DNA from: Amphiscolops sp. MND2022
Taxonomy: Eukaryota
Length of the DNA: 64,000 nt
Assembly: GCA_964187785.1 (NCBI GenBank)
Contig: OZ076418.1
Coordinates: 40,796,001-40,860,000 of the forward strand
Direction of reading: 5' to 3'
Made by a program: the position numbers and the translations under genes. Position 1 is the stretch's first letter. Every line of letters starts with the position of its first letter. A model generated the notes under the pieces. The model was not told the origin of the DNA. It ran no database searches and saw only the letters and a program-made list of their open reading frames with translations. This document shows positions 38,701-51,700 of this stretch, piece by piece.

Positions 38701-41700
38701 CTACGCAGTTCATTCATCTTAAGGGCTCCACAGAGGGTTTGATATCGCATAAATAATTTCATCAGGTCGCTTCATGGAAGCGTGAAGACAAATCAGAAGT
38801 TCACCACAGAAATAACTGCAGGTGAATGTTGTAGATACTCATGGAAGAAGTTGAACCAGCTGAACCTTCGTTCATGGCGACTTTTTCTTCACATACGTTT
38901 CACGTACATCCGAATAGGAAAGATGGAGCAACTAACTGTTGAGGTTTGAACCGCGGTCGAAACCAAATAATTCTAGAATTTAAGACAGTCAATAGAATGG
39001 CTCCGATACTTCCTTCTCGGAATTTTCAATCAACAAATAGTCCCGGAAACTTTCATAACCGTACAGGCCACGGGAAGAAAAAGTTACAACCCTACTCATA
39101 GCAAACAGTATTTTTACAAACGCTGAAAATTTATTTCCATTTTCCAAGGAAGACTCTGTCTCGCCGACATTTCGCCTAAACACTCACTGTCAACGCAGTG
39201 AGAATAGCAAGAAAAACTCCGAAGATAAATTGATCCCGAATTGGCTTCCCATGTTTTAGACTGGATACATTTGGTTGGCTGCAACCTTGCGGAATGAGAT
39301 TTGCGTTTCAAACCTTTCCACCGAAGTTAAGCAAGCCACCAGTTTGCCTGGCAAGAAGGGGGAAACAGTTACCGCACGGTTCGCAAAAGTCTAAATTATA
39401 CTAAACTGAATACTGCAGTGAAAAAATCTGTACAGTACATTAGTGAATCTTTCGACACCTGTTTCAAAAAAGCCAAAAATAGCAATCACGCCACTGGCGA
39501 AAAGTACGAAAGGGGTGAGACGTGAAAAAATGAAAATTATACTTACCTGTTCTACGCAGTTCATTCATCTTAAGGGCTTCACAGAGGGTTTGATTTCGCA
39601 TAAATACTTTCATAAGGTCGCTTTATGGAAGCGTGAAGACAAATTAGAAATTCACCACATAAATAACTGAGGTGAATGTTGTAGATACTCACGGAAGAAG
39701 TCGAACCAGCTGAAACTTCGTTCATGGCGACTGTTTTCTTCACATAAGTTTCACGTACATCCGAATAGGAAAGATGGAGCAACTAACTGTTGAGGTTTGA
39801 ACCGCGGTCGAAACCAAATAATTCTAGAATTTAAGACAGTCAATAGAATGGCTCCGATACTTCCTTCTCGGAATTTTCAATCAACAAATAGTCCCGGAAA
39901 CTTTCATAACCGTACAGGCCACGGGAAGAAAAAGTTACAACCCTAGTCATAGCAAACAGTATTTTTACAAACGCTGAAAATTTATTTCCATTTTCCAAGG
40001 AAGACTCTGTCTCGCCGACATTTCGCCTAAACACTCACTGTCAACGCAGTGAGAATAGCAAGAAAAACTCCGAAGATAAATTGATCCCGAATTGGCTTCC
40101 CATGTTTTAGACTGGATACATTTGGTTGGCTGCAACCTTGCGGAATGAGATTTGCGTTTCAAACCTTTCCACCGAAGTTAAGCAAGCCACCAGTTTGCCT
40201 GGCAAGAAGGGGGAAACAGTTACCGCACGGTTCGCAAAAGTCTAAATTATACTAAACTGAATACTGCAGTGAAAAAATCTGTACAGTACATTAGTGAATC
40301 TTTCGACACCTGTTTCAAAAAAAGCCAAAAATAGCAATCACGCCACTGGCGAAAAGTACGAAAGGGGTGAGACGTGAAAAAATGAAAATTATACTTACCT
40401 GTTCTACGCAGTTCATTCATCTTAAGGGCTTCACAGAGGGTTTGATATCGCATAAATAATTTCATAAGGTCGCTTTATGGAAGCGTGAAGACAAATTAGA
40501 AATTCACCACAGAAATAACTGAGGTGAATGTTGTAGATACTCACGGAAGAAGTCGAACCAGCTGAAACTTCGTTCATGGCGACTGTTTTCTTCACATAAG
40601 TTTCACGTACATCCGAATAGGAAAGATGGAGCAACTAACTGTTGAGGTTTGAACCGCGGTCGAAACCAAATAATTCAAGAATTTATGATAGTCAATAGAA
40701 TGGCTCCGATACTTCCTTCTCGAAATTTTCAATCAACAAATAGTCCCGGAAACTTTCATAACCGTACAGGCCACGGGAAGAAAAAGTTACAACCCTAGTC
40801 ACACCAAACAGTATTTTTACAAACGCTGAAAAGTTACTTCCATTTTCCAAGGAAGACTCTGTCTCGCCGACATTTCGCCTAAACACTCAGTGTCAACGCA
40901 GTGAGAATAGCAAGAAAAACTCCGAAGATAAATTGAGTCCGAATTGGCTTCCCATGTTTTAGACTCGATAGATATAGTTGGCTGCAACCTTGCGGAATGA
41001 GATTTGCGTTTCGAGCAATTCCACCGAAGTTAGGCAAGCCGCCAGTTTGCCTGGCAAGAAGGACACAGTTACCACACGATTCGCAAAAGTCTAAATTATA
41101 CTAAACTGCAAGTTGCAGTGAAAAAATCAGTACGGTTCTTTCGACACCTAAGTTTCAAAAAAGCGAAAATAGCAATCACGCCACTGCTTAGAAGTACAAA
41201 AGATGTTGCCGTGGCAGCATTTAAAGAGCAAAAACTCGCGGCTGTTTTCACCTTCTCTGTACCCCCACATTATTTCACTGAGTGGACTCGGCTGATGAAA
41301 AGTGAAAAAATGAAAATTATACTTACCTGTTCTACGCAGTTCATTCATCTTAAGGGCTTCACAGAGGGTTTGATATCGCATAAATAATTTCATAAGGTCG
41401 CTTTATGGAAGCGTGAAGACAAATTAGAAGTTCACCACATAAATAACTGAGGTGAATGTTGTAGATACTCACGGAAGAAGTCGAACCAGCTGAAACTTCG
41501 TTCATGGCGACTGTTTTCTTCACATAAGTTTCACGTACATCCGAATAGGAAAGATGGAGCAACCAACTGTTGAGGTTTGAACCGCGGTCGAAACCAAATA
41601 ATTCTAGAATTTAAGACAGTCAATAGAATGGCTCCGATACTTCCTTCTCGGAATTTTCAATCAACAAATAGTCCCGGAAACTTTCATAACCGTACAGGCC

Positions 41701-44700
41701 ACGGGAAGAAAAAGTTACAACCCTAGTCATAGCAAACAGTATTTTTACAAACGCTGAAAATTTATTTCCATTTTCCAAGGAAGACTCTGTCTCGCCGACA
41801 TTTCGCCTAAACACTCACTGTCAACGCAGTGAGAATAGCAAGAAAAACTCCGAAGATAAATTGATCCCGAATTGGCTTCCCATGTTTTAGACTGGATACA
41901 TTTGGTTGGCTGCAACCTTGCGGAATGAGATTTGCGTTTCAAACCTTTCCACCGAAGTTAAGCAAGCCACCAGTTTGCCTGGCAAGAAGGGGGAAACAGT
42001 TACCGCACGGTTCGCAAAAGTCTAAATTATACTAAACTGAATACTGCAGTGAAAAAATCTGTACAGTACATTAGTGAATCTTTCGACACCTGTTTCAAAA
42101 AAAGCCAAAAATAGCAATCACGCCACTGGCGAAAAGTACGAAAGGGGTGAGACGTGAAAAAATGAAAATTATACTTACCTGTTCTACGCAGTTCATTCAT
42201 TCATCTTAAGGGCTTCACAGAGGGTTTGATATCGCATAAATAATTTCATAAGGTCGCTTTATGGAAGCGTGAAGACAAATTAGAAATTCACCACAGAAAT
42301 AACTGAGGTGAATGTTGTAGATACTCACGGAAGAAGTCGAACCAGCTGAAACTTCGTTCATGGCGACTGTTTTCTTCACATAAGTTTCACGTACATCCGA
42401 ATAGGAAAGATGGAGCAACTAACTGTTGAGGTTTGAACCGCGGTCGAAACCAAATAATTCAAGAATTTATGATAGTCAATAGAATGGCTCCGATACTTCC
42501 TTCTCGAAATTTTCAATCAACAAATAGTCCCGGAAACTTTCATAACCGTACAGGCCACGGGAAGAAAAAGTTACAACCCTAGTCACACCAAACAGTATTT
42601 TTACAAACGCTGAAAAGTTACTTCCATTTTCCAAGGAAGACTCTGTCTCGCCGACATTTCGCCTAAACACTCAGTGTCAACGCAGTGAGAATAGCAAGAA
42701 AAACTCCGATGATAAATTGAGTCCGAATTGGCTTCCCATGTTTTAGACTCGATAGATATAGTTGGCTGCAACCTTGCGGAACGAGATTTGCGTTTCGAAC
42801 AATTCCACCGAAGTTAAGCAAGCCGCCAGTTTGCCTGGCAAGAAGGACACAGTTACCACACGATTCGCAAAAGTCTAAATTATACTAAACTGCAAGCTGC
42901 AGTGAAAAAATCAGTACGGTACATTCGACACCTAAGTTTCAAAAAAGCGAAAATAGCAATCACGCCACTGCTTAGAAGTACAAAAGATGTTGCCGTGGCA
43001 GCATTTGAAGAGCAAAAACTCCGAAAATAAATTGAGTCCGAATTGGCTTCCCATGTTTTAGACTCGATAGATATAGTTGGCTGCAACCTTGCGGAATGAG
43101 ATTTGCGTTTCGAGCAATTCCACCGAAGTTAGGCAAGCCGCCAGTTTGCCTGGCAAGAAGGACACAGTTACCACACGATTCGCAAAAGTCTAAATTATAC
43201 TAAACTGCAAGTTGCAGTGAAAAAATCAGTACGGTTCTTTCGACACCTAAGTTTCAAAAAAGCGAAAATAGCAATCACGCCACTGCTTAGAAGTACAAAA
43301 GATGTTGCCGTGGCAGCATTTAAAGAGCAAAAACTCGCGGCTGTTTTCACCTTCTCTGTACCCCCACATTATTTCACGGAGTGGACTCGGCTGATGAAAA
43401 GTGAAAAAATGAAAATTATACTTACCTGTTCTACGCAGTTCATTCATCTTAAGGGCTTCACAGAGGGTTTGATATCGCATAAATAATTTCATAAGGTTGC
43501 TTGATGGAAGCGTGAAGACAAATTAGAAGTTCACCACATAAATAACTGAGGTGAATGTTGTAGATACTCACGGAAGAAGTCGAACCAGCTGAAACTTCGT
43601 TCATGGCGACTGTTTTCTTCACATACGTTTCACGTACATCCGAATATGAAAGATAGAGCAACTAACTGTTTAGGTTTGAACCGCGGTCGGAACCAAATAA
43701 TTCTACAACTTATGATAGTCAACAGAATGGCGGCTCCGATACTCCCTTCTCGGAATGTTTCAATCAACAAACAATCCCGGATATTTTCATAACCGTACAG
43801 GTCACGGGAAGGAAAAGTTACTACTCTAGTCATAGGAAACAGTATTTTTACAAACGCTGAAAAGTTACTTCCATTTTCCAAGGAAGACACTGTCTCGCCG
43901 ACATTTCGCCTAAACACTCACTGTCAACGCAGTGAGAATAGCAAGAAAAACTCCGAAGATAAATTGAGTCCGAAATGGCTTCCCATGTTTTAGACTCGAT
44001 ATAGTTGGCTGCAACCTTGCGGAACGAGATTTGCGTTTCGAACAATTCCACCTAAGTTAAGCAAGCCGCCAGTTTGCCTGGCAAGAAGGACACAGTTACC
44101 ACACGATTCGCAAAAGTCTAAATTATACTAAACTATAAATTGCAGTAAAAAAATCAGTACGGTACATTCGACACCTAAGTTTCAAAAAAGCGAAAACAGC
44201 AATAACGCCACTGCTTAGAAGTACAAAAGATGTTGCCGTGGCAGCATTTAAAGAGCAAAAACTCCGAAGATAAATTGAGTCCGAATTGGCTTCCCATGTT
44301 TTGGACTCGATAGATATAGTTGAATGCAACCTTGCGGAATGAGATTTGCGTTTCGAACAATTCCACCGAAGTTAAGCAAGCCGCCAGTTTGCCTGGCAAG
44401 AAGGACACAGTTACCACACGATTCGCAAAAGTCTAAATTATACTAAACTGCAAGTTGCAGTGAAAAAATCAGTACGGTTCTTTCGACACCTAAGTTTCAA
44501 AAAAGCGAAAATAGCAATCACGCCACTGCTTAGAAGTACAAAAGATGTTGCCGTGGCAGCATTTAAAGAGCAAAAACTCGCGGCTGTTTTCACCTTCTCT
44601 GTACCCCCACATTATTTCACTGAGTGGACTCGGCTGATGAGAAGTGAAAAAATGAAAATTATACTTACCTGTTCTACGCAGTTCATTCATCTTAAGGGCT

Positions 44701-45319
44701 TCACAGAGGGTTTGATATCGCATGAATAATTTCATGAGGTCGCTTTATGGAAGCGTGAAGACAAATCAGAAGTTCACCACAGAAATAACTGCAGGTGAAC
44801 GTTGTAGATACTCATGGAAGATGTCGAACCAGTTGAAACTTCGTTCATGGCGACTGTTTTCTTCACATACGTTTCACGTACATCCGAATAGAGAAGATGG
44901 AGCAACTAACTGTTGAGGTTTGAACCGCGGTCGAAACCAAATAATTCAAGAATTTATGATAGTCAATAGAATGGCTCCGATACTTCCTGCTCGGAATTTT
45001 CAATCAACAAATAGTTCCGGAAACTTTCATACCCGTACAGGCCACGGGAAGAAAAGTTTCAACCCTAGTCATAGCAAACAGTAGTTTTACAAGTGCTGAA
45101 AAGTTACTTCCATTTTCCAAGGAAGACTCTGTCTCGCCGACATTTCGCCTAAACACTCACTGTCATCGCAGTGAGAATAGCTAGAAAAACTCCGGAGATA
45201 AACTGAATCCGAATTGGCCTCCCATGTTTTAGACTGGATACATATGGTTGGCTGCAACCTTGCGGAATGAGAATTGCGTTCCAAACATTTCCACCGAAGT
45301 TAAGCAAGCCGCCAGTTTG
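38700..45319. repeat. Domain with shortened monomers (852 bp and ~315 bp) and a ~1.78-kb dimer
   Basis: 90-bp deletion junction ggggtgagacg at 39515, 40367, 42147; large-deletion junction agcaaaaact|ccga at 43020 and 44263; ORF offsets 852, 1780-1784. Confidence 0.8.
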
Positions 45320-46128
45320 GCACTTTCAAACCTCTTGCTAGAAATGATCGAAAAAAGGGTCCTCGTGGGGGTGTTGCTATACTTGTTAGGTCAACGTTTT
45401 TAATCCATGCAGAAGAATTGTGCCCTGACGAATTTGATTCTGCAGTAGCTGTTGGATTACAACTTTCTGGAAATTCAGCTCTTCTAGTTATTCTTGTTTA
45501 TTTGCCCTATCCTAGTCCTTATGAAGTTTCAATGAATGATCTGGAACGTTTCTTTGATGCAGCCGCCTGTTCTTTTAGATATAAATATCCTTCAAATCAG
45601 TACTCTCATTCCCTTTGTGTTTTGGGAGATTTCAATTTGCCTTCAACAGACTGGAAATTAATGCACAGCAGCAGCGCTCGAGAACAACAATTCCTCAACC
45701 TATTTTCTGATTATGGACTATCACCCCTTATTTTGAACAAAAGTACTCATCGTGATGGTAACAATCTTGATAATGTGCTTTGTGGCGTACATGCATTTCC
45801 TTTGACTTTCCAGATTATTGAAACTGATCATTTGAGTGACCACTATCCCATATTTATGAACTTTGAGAAGTTTGTTCAGCCTGAATTATCTTATTCGGAA
45901 TATTACTTTCTGAATCATGAAAACCTGGTATCTTTCAAAAATTCCTGGAATGATTTTGCTTTTGATCCGTATGCGAGTGAATCCAATGTGATGGACTTCT
46001 ATAATCACTTGTGGAACAACATAGAGACTTCATTCAGTAAGAAACGTAAAAAGCGTATTACCAACACCTTTTACTATAGTTCCCACACGATGCATGCACT
46101 CAACAAACTGAATACAGCGAAAAAATAG
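45320..46128 (+). pseudogene. AP-endonuclease domain of LINE ORF2 (N-terminally truncated)
   Basis: RNDRKKGPRGGVAILV upstream of the track start, then VLGDFNLP, LDNVL, SDHYPI. A frameshift in the A-run near 46120 creates the stop. Confidence 0.85.
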
Positions 46129-47993
46129 TCAAAAATCCTAGTAAAAATAATTTTAAATCTGTTGAAAAGCTACAGGTTGAATTAAGTGACTCAGCGGAAC
46201 TTGATCGGATATCCTTTATTAATGGAGCTTCCACAAATACTCTAGCTGAATGCTGTACTCTTTTGAATAGTCTCAAAACGAACATGTATCCTTTGGTAAT
46301 GAGACATGAAGACAACCGCTTAAAGACTGGATCTGAAATTGCTAATGCATTCAATATTCATTTCTCAAGTAGCTTCAATTATCAACATTATTCTGCTATA
46401 ATCTATAAATCTGATGACTCAATCAAACTGGATGACATCCTTGCATCTCTAAATCCTCTGATAATACGTCAGAAAATAATCGAAATGAAAGAATAGGCAA
46501 CAACAACTTCAGAGATTTTTTCCCGCCTAAACTATTAAAACTTTGTCCTGATGTTTTTGCAACTATTCTTCATCCGCTCTTCTGCTCTATAGTTCTTACA
46601 AGATCATTTCCTGTCTTATGGAAGAGCGCTTTGGTAAGACCTATTTATAAAGCTGAGGCCAGAAATCTCATTGTTAATTATCGCCCTATCAGTCTTCTTC
46701 CGAAATGCTTTGCTATTCGAAGGATTTCTCTTCCGGCACATTCATATCTTTGCGCGACTACAAATGCACCCAAAACAAATTGGGTTTCAGTCAAAGAAGA
46801 ATTCTGTCTTACAATTGATAGATTATATTGAACATGCCCATAAAATGAAGGGTCTAGTAACTTATACAGTGTATCTTGACTACGAAAAGGCTTTCGACAA
46901 AGTTCCCCATAATATCCTCTTGAGTAAGCTACGCAAATTTGGTTTGGATTTAAGTTTCGTTGCACTATTGTCGAGTTACCTAGATGGCAGAACTCAATCT
47001 GTCAAAATTTACATTGATGTATCTGAATCCATCACCGTTGTTAGCAGAGTTCCCCAGGGATCAGTTCTCGGACCTTTGCTCTTTCTCCTTTTTATCAACG
47101 ACTTACCTTCTATTTTTCTGGATTCAATTCCGTGGTTGTTTGCCGATGATTTGAAATTATTATTTAATTCACTTAATTTTCATGATGATCTAGCAAGGCT
47201 TTCAAATTGGAATATCATGAATGGCATGATAGCAAATCAAATCAAAACCAAATGTTTACCTCTCGCTGGCAAACCGGTGGTTTACTTAAACTCACCACAG
47301 CCGTTAGAAAATGTGCAACTGCATAAAGACCTGGGTATTTTTATAGCTAGTGACTTGAAATGGCCCAATCATGTAGAGATTCAACTTGCTAAAGCACGCA
47401 AAGCATTCTATTCACTAAAGTATCGTATTCCTTTCAACACTCCCTCTAAAACCAAGTTGAACTTGTATTCTTCATTTGTTTTATCAATTCTTCTGTACGG
47501 AATACCTGCTTGAGATCCAGATATAACGCGAATGAAAGAATTAGAATTGTTCCAAAAATCCTGTTTCCGTTGGATTATTGGCACCAAAGAAAGATATGCA
47601 CAACAATTGAAAGAGTACAAATTTCTCCCTCTCTGTTATCGAATTGAGCTACTTACCTTTCCGATGATTTCCAAAAGGATCTGCCAACAATATTTGTATG
47701 ATTTTGCTGCTCATATTGACTTGCGTGTGTATGATCGTGATTTCAGATGTCAAGCTACTAGCCTATTCACCTGCAAATATTCCTCAGTGGCTCATCAGAA
47801 ATCATTCTTGTCCAGAGCGGCTGAAATGGCAAACTTTTTATACCGCCATAAGATAATTACTGGGTTTGATCCGGAAAATATACGTGTTGTGAAAGAGTAC
47901 TTGATGATAAAAAATTTCAACCTTGATGTCGTTTGCTCACATTATATTTGCTGTGCATGCTCTTCATGTAAATATAGTAGGAGTGTTTGTTGA
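46129..47993 (+). pseudogene. Linker, reverse transcriptase and C-terminal region of LINE ORF2 (disrupted)
   Basis: WKSALVRPIYK, NYRPISLL, YLDYEKAFDKVPH, VPQGSVLGPLLFLLFINDL, LFADDLKL. Stop at 46494-46496, frameshifts near 46520 and 46710, in-frame TGA at 47511-47513 with ORF 47532-47993 continuing in the same frame. Confidence 0.88.
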
Positions 47994-48799
47994 AAACTAT
48001 TTGTTTGAAAATAGCAATCACGCCACTGCTCAGAAGTAAAAAAGAGGTTGCCGTGGCAGCATTTAAAGAGCAAAAACTCGCAGCTGTTTTCACCTTCTCT
48101 GTACCCCCACATCAATTCACCGAGTGGACACGGCTGATGAGACGTGAAAAAATGAAAAGTATACTTACCTATTCTACGCAGTTCATTCATCTTAAGGGCT
48201 TCACAGAGGGTTTGATATCGCATAAATAATTTCATCAGGTCGCTTTATGGAAGCGTGAAGACAAATCAGAAGTTCACCAGAAATAACTGCAGGTGAATGT
48301 TGTAGATACTCATGGAAGAAATCGAACCAGCTGAAACTTCGTTCATGGCGACGTTTTTCTTCACATACGTTTCACGTACATCCGAATAAGAAAGATGGAG
48401 CAACTAACTGTTGAGGTTTGAACCGCGGTCGAAACCAAATACTTTTAGAATTTATGATAGTCAATAAAATGGCTTCGATACTTCCTTCTCGGAATGTTTC
48501 AGTCAACAAACAGTCCCGGAAACTTTCATACCCGTACAGGCCACAGGAAGAAAAGTTACAACCCTAGTCATAGCAAACAGTAGTTTTACAAGTGCTGAAA
48601 AGTTACTTCCATTTTCTAAGGAAGACTCTGTCTCGCCGACATTTCGCCTAATCACTCACTGTCAACGCAGTGAGAATAGCAAGAAAAACTCCGAAGATAA
48701 ATTGATCCCGAATTGGCTTCCCATGTTTTAGACTGGATACATTTGGTTGGCTGCAACCTTGCGGAATGAGATTTGCGTTTCAAACATTTCCACCGAAGT

Positions 48800-51700
48800 T
48801 AAGCAAGCCGCCAGTTTGCCTGGCAAGAAGGAGGAAACCGTTACCGCACGGTTCGCAAAAGTCTAAATTATACTAAACTGAAAACTGCAGTGAAAAAATC
48901 TGTACCGTACGTTAGTTATTCTTTCGACACCTAAGTTTCAAAAAAATCGAAAATAGCAATCACGCCACTGTCTAAAACTACAAAAGGGGTTGCAGTGGCA
49001 GCACTTAAAGAGCAAAAACTGGCGGCTGTTTTCACCTTCTCTGTACCCCCACATTATTTCACTGAGTGGACTCGACTGATGAGACGTGAAAAAAAATGAA
49101 AATTATACTTACCTGTTCTACGCAGTTCATTCATCTTAAGGGCTCCACAGAGGGTTTGATATCGCATAAATAATTTCAAGAGATCGCTTTATGGAAGCGT
49201 GAAGACAAATCAGAAGTTCACCACAGAAATATCTGAGGTGAATGTTGTAGATACTCATGGAAGAAGTCGAACCAGCTGAAACTTCGTTCATGGCGACTGT
49301 TTTCTTCACATACGTTTCACGTACATCCGAATAGGAAAAATGGAGCAACTAACTGTTGAGGTTTGAACCGCGGTCGAAACTAAATAATTCTAGATATCAT
49401 GGTAGTCAATAGAATGGCTCCGATACTTCCTTCTCAGAATTTTCAATCAACAAAGAGTCCCGGAAACTTTCATACCCGTTCAGGCCACGGGAAGAAAAGT
49501 TTCAACCCTAGTCATAGCAAACAGTAGTTTTACAAGAGCTGAAAAGTTACTTCCATTTTCTAAGGAAGACTCTGTCTCGCCGACATTTCGCCTAACCACT
49601 CACTGTCAACGCAGTGAGAATAGCAAGAAAATATCCGAAGATAAATTGATCCCGAATTGGCTCCCCATGTTTTAGACTGGATACATTTGGTTGGCTGCAA
49701 CCTTGCGGAATGAGATTGGCGTTCCAAACCTTTCCACCGAAGTTAAACAAGCCGCCAGTTTGCCTGGCAAGAAGGAGGAAACAGTTACCACACAGTTCGC
49801 AAAAGTAAAATATACTAAACTGAAGACTGCAGTGAAAAAATCTGTACCGTACGTTAGTTAATCTTTCGACACCTAAGTTTCAAAAAAATCGAAAATAGCA
49901 ATCACGCCACTGTCTAAAACTACAAAAGGGGTTGCAGTGGCAGCACTTAAAGAGCAAAAACTGGCGGCTGTTTTCACCTTCTCTGTATCCCCACATTATT
50001 CCACTGAGTGGACTCGGCTGATGAGAAGTGAAAAAAACGAAAATTATACTTACCTGTTCTACGCAGTTCATTCATCTTAAGGGCTCCACAGAGGGTTTGA
50101 TATCGCATAAATAATTTCAAGAGATCGCTTTATGGAAGCGTGAAGACAAATCAGAAGTTCACCACAGAAATATCTGAGGTGAATGTTGTAGATACTCATG
50201 GAAGAAGTCGAACCAGCTGAAACTTCGTTCATGGCGACTGTTTTCTTCACATACGTTTCACGTACATCCGAATAGGAAAAATGGAGCAACTAACTGTTGA
50301 GGTTTGAACCGCGGTCGAAACTAAATAATTCTAGATATCATGGTAGTCAATAGAATGGCTCCGATACTTCCTTCTCAGAATTTTCAATCAACAAAGAGTC
50401 CCGGAAACTTTCATACCCGTACAGGCCACGGGAAGAAAAGTTTCAACCCTAGTCATAGCAAACAGTAGTTTTACAAGTGCTGAAAAGTTACTTCCATTTT
50501 CTAAGGAAGACTCTGTCTCGCCGACATTTCGCCTAACCACTCACTATCAACGCAGTGAGAATAGCAAGAAAAAATCCGAAGATAAATTGATCCCGAATTG
50601 GCTCCCCATGTTTTAGACTGGATACATTTGGTTGGCTGCAACCTTGCGGAAAGAGATTGGCGTTCCAAACCTTTCCACCGAAGTTAAGCAAGCCGCCAGT
50701 TTGCCTGGCAAGAAGGAGGAAACAGTTACCACACGGTACGCAAAAGTCTAAAATATACTAAACTGAAAACTGCAGTGAAAAAATCTGTACGGTACGTTAG
50801 TTAATCTTTCGACACCTAAGTTTCAAAAAAATCGAAAATAGCAATCACGCCACTGTCTAAAACTACAAAAGGGGTTGCAGTGGCAGCACTTAAAGAGCAA
50901 AAACTGGCGGCTGTTTTCACCTTCTCTGTACCCCCACATTATTCCACTGAGTGGACTCGGCTGATGAGAAGTGAAAAAACGAAAATTATAATTCTGTTCT
51001 ACGCAGTTCATTCATCTTAAGGGCTCCACAGAGGGTTTGATATCGCATAAATAATTTCAAGAGATCGCTTTATGGAAGCGTGAAGACAAATCAGAAGTTC
51101 ACCACAGAAATATCTGAGGTGAATGTTGTAGATACTCATGGAAGAAGTCGAACCAGCTGAAACTTCGTTCATGGCGACTGTTTTCTTCACATACGTTTCA
51201 CGTACATCCGAATAGGAAAAATGGAGCAACTAACTGTTGAGGTTTGCACCGCGGTCGAAACTAAATAATTCTAGATATCATGGTAGTCAATAGAATGGCT
51301 CCGATACTTCCTTCTCAGAATTTTCAATCAACAAAGAGTCCCGGAAACTTTCATACCCGTACAGGCCACGGGAAGAAAAGTTTCAACCCTAGTCATAGCA
51401 AACAGTAGTTTTACAAGTGCTGAAAAGTTACTTCCATTTTCTAAGGAAGACTCTGTCTCGCCGACATTTCGCCTAACCACTCACTGTCAACGCAGTGAGA
51501 ATAGCAAGAAAAAATCCGAAGATAAATTGATCCCGAATTGGCTCCCCATGTTTTAGACTGGATACATTTGGTTGGCTGCAACCTTGCGGAATGAGATTGG
51601 CGTTCCAAACCTTTCCACCGAAGTTAAGCAAGCCGCCAGTTTGCCTGGCAAGAAGGAGGAAACAGTTACCACACGGTTCGCAAAAGTCTAAAAAATACTA

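Larger units (their letters stand above)
45320..48006 (+). mobile_element. 5'-truncated, inactivated CR1-group (CR1/L2-type) LINE inserted in one monomer
   Basis: Array stops after gccagtttg (45319) and resumes at gaaaatagcaatcacg (48007). The insert encodes partial APE endonuclease, RT and a C-terminal region, broken by frameshifts and stops. Confidence 0.9.

Noticed and set aside
48936-48950. Sm-site-like GATTTTTTTGA on the minus strand
   Set aside because: About 160 nt from the donor and not conserved across subfamilies, so it does not support an SL RNA call.
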